Below are positions 54,285-64,000 of a stretch of 64,000 nucleotides of DNA, one piece after another (position 1 is the first letter of the stretch; every line of letters begins with the position of its first letter). Origin of the DNA: Octopus vulgaris (Eukaryota); assembly GCA_951406725.2 (NCBI GenBank), contig OX597816.1:98270001-98334000 (forward strand), read 5' to 3'. The position numbers and the translations under genes were made by a program. The notes below the pieces were generated by a model. It was not told the origin of the DNA and did not search any database. It saw only the letters and a list, made by a program, of their open reading frames with translations.

Positions 54285-54535
54285 TGGACCTTTGTCGGTT
54301 ACGACGATGGGGATGCCAGTGGAAGCAAGCAACGGAATAGCCAGCCCAGGAAATTAACCTGCAAGTGATGGGTAAACTCCATAGACAAGCGTACCATTAG
54401 TGTAGGTCTCAAGGAAATTCAACGTGAGACAAATTTTTGCAGGAGTAGACCGGAGCAACGTGAAATAAAGTGTCTTGTTCAAGGACGAAACGCGCCGCCG
54501 GAATCGAATTCAAAACCATATAATCGAGAGCAGGG
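54285..54535 (-). mobile_element. Decayed tRNA-derived SINE
   Basis: Minus strand shows B-box-like gaattcgattccgg followed by gtccttgaacaagacactttatttcacgttgctcc. Confidence 0.6.
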
Positions 54536-55099
54536 TATATAAGTACATAAAAAATATGATTACTATGTTGCCGTTTTTCTTTTTGCTTCTTTTGCATTAG
54601 ATGTTTATACAATTCATAAAATTGTATGTATGCTCACATTCTTATTGGAAATATAATTCCTGTCATTATCCACGTCTCAAAAGTGAAAACCTAATGAATT
54701 AATATCCATGTTCAGCACTTTTCCAAAACTAGCAACTAGCAAATAATGCTTACGTTTCTGGAACACAAAAGGTCTTACTGATTGTTATGAAATATTATAG
54801 ACTAGTAACAATTCCAAGGAAACACGACAGGCATTTTAATAAATGACCAAGCAAGTAAAACCTTGTCAATGTTACCTAAAAATGCAAATCAACACCAAAA
54901 TGTAGACCTGTCTCAAAAGTCGCAAAGCATTTTTTGATAGAAAGAACACCGACCCAGAATCAGATCTGACTCAACGTAAATAAAACAAAGTCCACACTGA
55001 AGAAAAAGCAGCATAGATTCCTTAAATGCAAGAACGGCTAAGTAAATATCCCAACGGCTTTATATTAAAACCAACATATCCCATGCGTTAATAAGAGAT

Positions 55100-55545
55100 A
55101 TTCTTTCTACTCTTGGCACACGGTCCGACATTTTTGGGGAGGGGGCCAATCGATAAGATCAACCCTAGTGCGCAACTGGTCCTTAATTTATCGACCAAAA
55201 AAGGATGAAAGGCAAAGTCGACCTCGACGGAACTTGAAATCAGAAAGGAGACAGACGAAACACCGCTAAGCATTTCACTCGGCGTGCTAACTTTTCTGCC
55301 AGCTTGCCGACATTTAAAAGTTATACATATTGTTTTCTACTCTAGGCACAATGCCCAAAATTTTGGGGGAGCGGGTCAGTCAATTAGATCAATCTCAATA
55401 CGCAACTGGTATTTAATTTATGAACCACGAAAGGATGAAAGGCAAAGTCGACCTCAACAGAATTTGATCTCAGAACATAAAGATAGACGAAATACCAGTA
55501 AGCATTCTGCCCGACGTTCTAAAGTCTCTGCCCGCTCGCCGCCTC
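55100..55545 (-). mobile_element. Two tandem copies of a ~210-bp SINE
   Basis: 55100-55310 and 55332-55545 are diverged direct repeats (ttctactct.ggcac, cgcaactggt, aaggatgaaaggcaaagtcgacctc, gacgaaa, taagcatt, tctgcc). Confidence 0.8.
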
Positions 55546-58500
55546 GCAAACCAAAACATATTGCAAAACGACAGACATATAATATCAATATACATGCCAT
55601 ATAATATTCCAACTCTAATGCTGCTAAATAGTAATAATTCTAATGTATAACTACTTCCATCAATTTAATTTGAAATAGCCAAAACGCTAGAGGAAATTAA
55701 TGAGAAATTTAAATAGATAATATTTTTGGCAGCTGAAGAGAAGTAACAGAAAATTAACTGGAGGTTTCGTCAACAAAATACTAGTCGCCATAAGAAAACA
55801 AAAAAAATAGTCACAGCAATATTTAGGTAAATAATTTATTTTATATTGCGTGTAGTAACCAGAGTTGATAGCAAGAAAATAAAAGCAAAATTAGAAAACA
55901 TAAAAACATAACAGAACGTTGGAAAAGTTGTTCAACAGAAGAGAGACATATCACAAAAATGCACGAAATTGGGTAAGTTCCAAAAACAGGAGCACAGATA
56001 CTATGCAACACCAAGAGACAAAAATATATAGAGAGAAAGGAGTAACGTGATCTTACAATGACACAAACACAAACCAAAAATTCTATTTCAGCAGGTGAAA
56101 GATGATTTGTGTGGAATAGAGTCTTGATACATAAATAGTAAATTAATTCAAAGAAAATAAACTGCTTTGAGAAGATAGATGGAAATATTATAGAAAATTA
56201 AATGTCAAAATTATAACCGTAGAATGTCCGTCAAATAAAATAAGACGAATATTTACGAAAATTTGTCAATTAATGACTCAAGAAAATTAGGTCAACTGAC
56301 ACAAAATACAAAGAAAATAATATATGAAATCATGTGGCGCCAAAGGAATAAGTAAATATCACAGCGAAATATACACGTAGAGTGATTATGCATCGAGAGT
56401 AAAAGGCATTTGGAAATTACAGGAGACAAAATCCATAATTTCAGCATGTAACACTTATATGCCCTACAGACATTTCAGGCCAAGTCACTGATTAAAATAT
56501 GTCCAGAAATTGCTGAGTGACTGAGATAATCATCGTTGCTTCAAAATCCATACCAAAAGATAAGTAAAAAGGATCGACCAATCCTAAGGTTTTTTAAAAT
56601 GTATTCGTCAAAAAAAGATCAACATAAATAGTAGTCTAGCTGAATTTCATAGATTTATTGACCGGGTTACGTAATTGTAACAGCTACAGATGAAATAAAT
56701 ATGAGAAAATTCAAACCACAAGCAGAAATTAATTACTACCTGAACAGATTATTGAAAAGGTGAAAAATATTGACCACATATATGCATTATTGGGTTGATA
56801 GTTATGTACATAAGATAACCAGTGTTTAAAGTAATAATGAAAATTACTAAACCAGCATGGAGAAAACATGTCTTACACAATCACTTTAGCAGGTGGTATA
56901 AACACTTCATATTATCTAAAATATGAATATTAGATTTTCAGTTCTCTCTGGCAATTCTTCCATTCTGAGTAGCTTTAAAGCCTACTTGGGATAGTCAGAA
57001 ACAACCAAAGACAAGGGGCGAGTATTTACACAATAATGATATAATTATATCAGGTCTGAGGAAGTGTTGTGAAAGTTTCTTCCAGCCTGTAGCCTATAGT
57101 ATCTGTGATATCAGCTCGGCGTTTGTTCGTGTCAGTTATGTCAGATATACATTTAATTGGTATAGGGTAACTAGGGCTGCCAGCACTGAAAAATTAGTCA
57201 TACTTTGACTGAATTATGAATTTATACAGCAGACTAGAATTATGCTAAAAAGTAAATAAAACTGTGAACGATGCGACGTCTTTACTATGCATTTTAACAG
57301 TAAGTCCTGATTTAATTTTGCAATGTTCAACATTTAAAATGAGATACAAAACGATAAAATTATTAGTATACGTTTCCAATGCATTTCTCAAAATTTGATC
57401 AATATCACATGATTCCATGGGCCAGAATGATGAAAACAAATTCAAACCAATTTAGTCTATAAAACTGGAAAGTGGTGTTAACTAGAACTGATAGCTTGAT
57501 TCTTTTCGTGAATAAGTCATGTGAATTTGTGACGAACATTCATTGAGAAATATATGTAGTCCCAAGAATCTAATTTTTAAGAACATATAAATATACGTCA
57601 AACTAATGCAAGAAAGTGTAAACTGTTATTCTCTGAGATAGGCAGATATAGACACCCGAGATAATAAGGAACAACCGAACAGACATGATTATAAGGACAT
57701 ATTATCTATATGCGCTGTACGCAAATATTATAGCTTCCTGGAATAACAATATTTTAGTAAAGGAACGTGATACATTATCCAACTATAACGACATGAAAAC
57801 ATTGGTAGCACGAACATTGTGAGAAACATGGTAAGGATAAGGATCTTGAAACTAGTACTTAAAATGTAGGAAAAATATTTAATACATAAAATATCTGTAA
57901 AATAATAAGGGTTGGAATGAAATCTCCCCTACCTCTACATCTACGTGAACGTGTTAAAAGATTCATAGAGGTATCAATTATATTATCGATACAGACTATA
58001 TTTAATGTTAATCCAATGGCAAATAAAATATTGGCACACAAAACTATACTTGGCATTTTACTGAGGATCAATATTGGTCCAACTATTGTAAATGTATGGA
58101 TAAACAATTTTATTGCTTACTTAGTTGAGCGTTGGCCTAAATTCCTTCATTCATTTTTGTCCTATAAATTGTGCTGTTTTTGTTTTTGCACTTTCGAATA
58201 AATGTGACTGTAGTGCATACTTAAGGCATTTTATCTGTAACATACTACTAAGCGTTCAGAATGTAGATGATGAAATGTTATTATCATTATCTGTGAAGAA
58301 GATTGCTATACAGGTTAATTTATATCAACCCCATCAGCGTCATACGTTCATATGTTAATGTACCGTTATCTAAAATCTACCCAAATTTAGTTACACTTAA
58401 GCTGTGTATGCTTTTACCAGGATCACTCACTAGTGTAACTATCCAAACGCCACACTATTTTCTTCGTAAAATTACAACAGTTTTCGCGTTCAATCGCCAA

Positions 58501-60093
58501 ATCAGTTTAGCATTTCTGTAAATAGTTACAAGGAAATTTCACCGAAACTATCCACTGAATGTATCCAAATCATGGTAAGGAAATTTTCAGTTAAGTGTTA
58601 AATTGGACATATATGTTTTTTTTTTCGTAAGAGTCCAATAATATTTTAACACATTAATGTAACGTGTTAAGGTATTGCTTAAGAAGAGTGATCGAAAACA
58701 TCTCTGTTATAAAACATTTGATAATAAACTTATACAATGTTACAAAAGTTAATGATACACGTTATTATGCGGTGGACGTTAACCTATAGAGTTAAAGTTG
58801 TTTAAAAGTCAAGTGAATGCAATGTACTTGATTAGGTCTCTTTTTCAAATTCATGACGATAGATTTTTAAAGAGTTGAAAAATATTTTCCTCTACATTCG
58901 TAGATGAGAATAAGCTGAAGATTCTCATGTTTATCCAAAATTTAACTATTGAGAGGATAATCTTGTTATCTGGATTTTAATGATTGCAAAGTCATAATTT
59001 CCTCCGAAGTCAAACTTTAGGAGTAATAAAGGTGCTAAACTAAACGCGACATATTTCTGTTACTTAATGAGATCAAATTTAAGATTTCCCTTTAATCAAA
59101 TTACGTCTGTATTACCGGAAGTGGCTCCACATAAGGAGACTACCTGGGCGAGTACTATTATTCTAGATGTTTCCCGATGGATCCTCATATCAGCAGCTTT
59201 TATTCCTGATCGTAATCTTTAAGGAATTCTACAACACCTCTGACAATATGTGTGGATAGGCACGAAAACCGAATCGAAGTTAGTGTGTTTGAGGTTTTTG
59301 TCAACATCTCTTCTGAAACTCCTACTCTGAGGAATAGAAGACCGAAAAGGTGGATGGGGGAATTGAAAATAGTGGATATGATGCACAAAAAATCACTTCA
59401 GTCTTGTCTGAACATAGGCCTGGTAAATAAAACGAAGTAGTGAAGCATTCCCTGAAGGTTTTTGTCACATCAAAAGAGAGCCACTGAGCCGAATATTAAA
59501 AACAGCAAACAAATCTCATTCAGCCAAAATTTGCTATTTAACAAGAGGAAAAGCAACAGACACTGTGTTTCTCACTGAATAGCGTTTGACTGAATGTGAT
59601 AGTAAAATGAGATCGTTACGGCTCGAAAGGTTGATAAGAGATATTTTCGATTAGAACCAAACTCGGTATCAATATGAAGAATACCGACGATTTTCTATTA
59701 TATAGGGCGTCTCCCAAAAAGTCACGAGGAGTATTTTTAACTTATCGATAAATGTCAGTAATTAGTCGATGAAAATTCAAGTTGTACTAATCCAGGAACG
59801 TTACTTTAATAAAAAAAAAGTACAAAATATGATAACAGCAAATAAATTCGTCTAAGTTTGCTATAATCAATTTTCTTATATTTATTTTGATTATGAATGA
59901 ACCTTGTTGCTCACATTAATTTCAAAAGGGGGAGTCTAAAATAGATATGTAGGACACCTTCTTGGACACAGATTTCTCTCATCTCCCATCAGATGCATAC
60001 GTAGCCGAACCAACACAACACAGCAATACGCACAGGCATATATTCTATGATGAAGTGCATATTTATAATTCACTCCCCCACCATATATATATA

Positions 60094-60726
60094 TCTCTAT
60101 ATATAAAACTGAATTGCGTTTTTACCGTTTGGTTCGCTTTCAATGCCACTACATCCCGTCCGATTCGCTCCAGAATTTACAGGGACATGTAGAATGAGGT
60201 GACGATGCGCGTGGGCTACCTTAGAAATCCCTATCTTAAAAGGTGTGGTTGCTAGGGGCCATCTTCCTACCTCACCCTATTTCCTCCAGTACTCTGTCAC
60301 TCCTCTTCATTTGACAATGCAACTACCGTTATTTAATGTAAAGTCTTCCTCAAATCACTCTGTCGCTCTTTACTCTCTTCCAAGAACATTTTCACTCACT
60401 CTTATCGCTTACCTTCCTATACATTTTACTCATGTATCTATCAGCCTTCATGGACAGTAACAAATATTACATAGCCATCCCCATCGCCATCGCATTCTAT
60501 TGTCTACCTGTCAACACACACACACACACACATATATACATATATCTAATATTATATTTTTATGTTTTTGTTATTTTACTGTTTCATTTCCCTGTTAGTG
60601 GTTTGATCTCTAATTTAATTTCTATAGTGCGCGCACACACACACTCACACACACACCCCTATATGTGGCCCCAGTAGACCCGAATGAAATCGGGTTCCCT
60701 TCATCAAAATGTGAAAAGGGGTCTAG
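60094..60726 (+). mobile_element. Helitron terminal module: 5' TC start, hairpin and CTAG
   Basis: a|tctctatatataaaactg start; hairpin acccga-atgaaa-tcgggt (60678-60695); cccttc..aagggg then CTAG at 60723-60726. Confidence 0.5.
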
Positions 60727-60871
60727 AATTATCATCACCACAACTTATGTTTTTCCTAATGATAATTATCATCGCCACCACCAACACACAATCATGACAA
60801 TCTTTCTCTTAAAACAAATCATGTTTACATTGCAAAATATTTCATTTTCCCGTCCTCTCTTTCATATATGT

Positions 60872-61826
60872 GACCCAGGTTTGGGTGGCCGCACAGCTAC
60901 AATTAGACAACGGCTAAAAACATTCGATGTTCATAATGTCTGGATCGTTCCATTCAACCCTTTGCTTTCCAAAACATTTAATGCACACATTAATGTTGAG
61001 TACTGCAGTTCGGTGAGATGCATACAATACCTCTGCAAGTACATTAATAAGGGCGATGATATGGCCGTGTTTGTGTTCAGTGATGAAGACCTTAGACATG
61101 ACGAAATTAAACAATTCGTTTGGGGTAGGTATGTATCCTCCAATTAAGCAGCGTGGCACATTTTTGAATACGAGATTCATCTAAGCTCACCATCAGTTTT
61201 CCACCTGAATGTTCATTTACAGAAGAGACAGCTGGTTTACTTCACAGAGAAAAATGCACGTCAAGTCATTGAAAATCCAAAGGGACTACGCTTACAGCAT
61301 TTTTTAAATTGTGTTCAGTTGATGAGTTTGCTGCTACTCTCATTTACCCTGAAGTACCGGAATATTACACATACAACAACAATAATTGGAAGCGCAGGTC
61401 ACATGGAACAGAACTTGACAATTGGCCCGGTGTTTCTAGGAAGAACGTCATTGAACGTGTGTATAATATCCATCCTACCAAACAGGAAATCTTTTTGAGA
61501 ATGCTACTTCATGTAGTTACTGGACCGAAGTCTTTTGCTGATCTTCGCACGGTTGATGGCATCATCTGCGCCACTTACAGGAAAGCATGTTTGAGGCGCG
61601 GACCTCTTCTCAATGACGACCACTTACACAGGACATTAGCAGAGGCCTCAAATTGTAAACTGCCATGGCAAATGCGTCGATTGTTTTGTAGCATATTAAC
61701 CACTGTAATCCCAGCAACCCTCTTAACCTTTGGGAATCGTTCAGACAGAGCCTATCAAAGGACATACAGGCTAATTTAGCGCAACGTGATGGCAACGACG
61801 ATGTTTATAATGAGGCATTAATCGAC
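60872..61826 (+). pseudogene. Helitron Rep C-terminal part and linker, disrupted
   Basis: NVWIVPFNPLLSKTFNAHINVEYCSSVRCIQYLCKYINKGDD (Rep YxxKY motif), DEIKQF..GRYVSSN*, Y.EVPEYYT, LRMLLHVVTGPKSFADLRTVDG...TYRKAC; stops and frameshifts present. Confidence 0.92.
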
Positions 61827-63353
61827 ATGGACAGACACATCAGACGCTATGTTATACGCGGTTTAAATGAATTCCATCTGCCAACACCTGTCCATCATGA
61901 AGCGCCTTTGGATGTTGAATACATGTCAGAAAACAACTACAACATTGACGAATTGACGGAAACAATTACGCGAGATGAACCAAGACTTTTGCCTGAACAA
62001 AGAGAGATTTATAATGAAATTATTGACAGCGTTAGATTGAACCAAGGAAAGCTTTTCTTTTTGAATGCTCCAGGTGGTACTGGTAAAACTTTCGTTATCA
62101 ATTTGATTCTCGCAAAGCTGCGCGCTGAACGTCGATTTGCCATTGCATGTGCCTCAAGTGGTATTGCAGCGACACTGCTTCAAGGCGGCCGTACGGCACA
62201 TAGTGCATTCAAATTGCCCATGGACATTGGAAAGAAAGATAATCCTATATGTAATATAGATCGTAGTTCCTCAAGAGCAAGACTTCTTCGTGAATGCAGT
62301 CTTTTTATTTGGGATGAGGCTACAATGACTAATAAGGCCATGTTTGAGGCTCTTGACAGAACTCTCCAAGATTTGCGTCAAAATACAAAAATAATGGGTG
62401 GAGCTACGTTTCTCATGGCAGGAGATTTTCGACAAACTCTTCCTGTTGTCCGAGCAGGCACTAGAGCTGATGAGGTTAATGCATGTATAAAGCATTCTTT
62501 TGTGTGGCACAGTGTTATCAGTCGCCATCTTCAAACAAACATGAGAGTCCACCTACATGGTGATGTGGAGTCTGAGGCTTTCGCAAAACACCTATTAGAT
62601 CTTGGTGATGGAGTTTTGCCTTTCGTTGATGATGAGCATATTCGGTTGCCTTTTGGGAATTTCGTTCCAAATGTAGAAGAACTTATAAGAGCCGTTTTAC
62701 CTGACGTCGAAACCAACTTCCAGGATCTCGATTGGCTAAGAGCAAGAGCTATTCTATCGCCTCATAATACAACAGCTCATGCTACAAATAAACAAGTACT
62801 TGATATGAATCCTGGTGAGATAGTTTCTTTCATGTCCATCGATACAAATAAATATGAGAATGATGCTGTCAAATATCCACCCGAGCTACTCAACAAGCTA
62901 ACACCTCCGGGACTTCCACCTCATCATTTGTGTTTGAAAGTTGGTGCTCCAATCATGGTGCTCAGAAATATGGAAACGCCTGAAATATGCAATGGAACCC
63001 GAATGGTTATTAGGAGGATTCAAAGCCATGTTATAACTGCTGAAATTTTGAGTGGACCATTTGTAGGAACAATCAAAATGATACATAAAATGAGTATTTC
63101 ACCCTCTGATGTTCCCATTCAGTTTAAACGCTTTCAATTTCCAATAAAACTATGCTTCGCGATGACAATCAACAAGTCACAGGGACAATCACTGGACATT
63201 GTAGGCATTAACCTGTCACAACCGGTTTTCAGTCATGGTCAATTGTACGTAGCCTGTTCTCGAGTTGGAAATCCACATAAACTCTTCATTCTTGGCAATC
63301 ATGAGCGCACAAGGAACGTGGTTTATCAGGAGGCTCTGACAAAAGAAAACTGA
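61827..63353 (+). CDS. Helitron PIF1-family (SF1B) DNA helicase domain, 508 aa open
   Basis: APGGTGKT, ASSGIAATLL.GGRTAHS.FKLP, IWDEATM, GDFRQTLPV, L.TNMR, LKVGAPIMVLRN..ICNGTR, QFPIKLCFAMTINKSQGQSL, VFSHGQLYVACSRV. Confidence 0.95.
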   Translation: MDRHIRRYVIRGLNEFHLPTPVHHEAPLDVEYMSENNYNIDELTETITRDEPRLLPEQREIYNEIIDSVRLNQGKLFFLNAPGGTGKTFVINLILAKLRAERRFAIACASSGIAATLLQGGRTAHSAFKLPMDIGKKDNPICNIDRSSSRARLLRECSLFIWDEATMTNKAMFEALDRTLQDLRQNTKIMGGATFLMAGDFRQTLPVVRAGTRADEVNACIKHSFVWHSVISRHLQTNMRVHLHGDVESEAFAKHLLDLGDGVLPFVDDEHIRLPFGNFVPNVEELIRAVLPDVETNFQDLDWLRARAILSPHNTTAHATNKQVLDMNPGEIVSFMSIDTNKYENDAVKYPPELLNKLTPPGLPPHHLCLKVGAPIMVLRNMETPEICNGTRMVIRRIQSHVITAEILSGPFVGTIKMIHKMSISPSDVPIQFKRFQFPIKLCFAMTINKSQGQSLDIVGINLSQPVFSHGQLYVACSRVGNPHKLFILGNHERTRNVVYQEALTKEN

Positions 63354-63904
63354 TTGTAAGTCATGAAATTTTGCTTGATTTTTTATTTTGTACCTCTTCA
63401 TTGTCTCTTCATTCTTGAAAATAAAGACATTAAAAAGAACATGGTTCATAAAGAACATTGGGTTCAGATGTTTGCAAACATTTGATCCAACTCATTCTCT
63501 TTATTCCTCATTTTCCGATTCCTTCTACGTCTCCATTAAACGGTTTTGTCAAGTTATTGTTTCTTCGCTAACATAAGACATTCATAAAGTGAATGAGTTG
63601 TTAATTACATTTTATACACTATTCCATTGTTTAGGTGGTGTCGAAAGGACTGACATGTGTCACCATATAAACTCTCTCAGTCAAACTCCCAACTCATGAG
63701 TTCACATCGTGATACTCTTTCTACAAAACTGAGCTGGGTGTGAATTCTAATTTCATTCACTATAACAGATTTTTTAATTTTTGAAACAAACACATTGCAT
63801 CTTTCGTTTTAAAACAATAAAACAATACTACCTAAATACATTGGTCCAACAAACAAAACATCCAACACTCTCATTCTTTTATGTATCTGTCTTCCTCCAT
63901 CACT

Positions 63905-64000
63905 CACTCACTTTTCTCCCTTCCTTTCACTTTCTATCTATAACGTCGTTTCACAGCGTCTACCTCCCTTACATTCACTTTCTCTTTATAACGTCGTTTC
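63905..64000 (+). repeat. Start of ~47-bp tandem repeat, probably Helitron 3' internal minisatellite
   Basis: ctccctt....ttcactttct....tataacgtcgtttc occurs twice and runs off the window end. Confidence 0.6.

Noticed and set aside
57050-57090. CTGAGGA...GAAA hammerhead-like spacing (similar at 55733 and 59326)
   Set aside because: No stem II pairing.
55850-59750. Faint LINE/mariner-like peptide traces
   Set aside because: Too degraded to assign without a profile search.

Overview
AT-rich, microsatellite-dense eukaryotic DNA with no recognisable host coding exon. The SINE families and (TA)n/(CA)n/(TAGA)n load resemble an octopus/cephalopod genome (inference). Recognisable content is almost all mobile DNA: a young, near full-length Neptune-type Penelope-like element (PLE; RT plus GIY-YIG, 14543-19845) with direct pseudo-LTRs, a decayed Naiad-type PLE with inverted pLTRs, two CR1-like LINE 3' ends, Hero-like, L1/Tx1-like and Tc1/mariner fragments, two Helitrons (one with an intact 508-aa PIF1 helicase ORF), MITEs and tRNA-derived SINEs. 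The main hidden structure is a dense set of hammerhead-ribozyme (HHR)-like motifs, about 15 read by eye, ranging from intact to degenerate. They occur in pLTRs, in a non-coding 482-bp tandem unit with a canonical HHR (retrozyme-like), and in a recurring class of non-coding foldback elements. In those foldbacks two HHR-bearing arms point outward, with (TA)n on one or both flanks, so they look like MITEs but probably derive from PLEs. All assignments come from motif recognition, not database searches.
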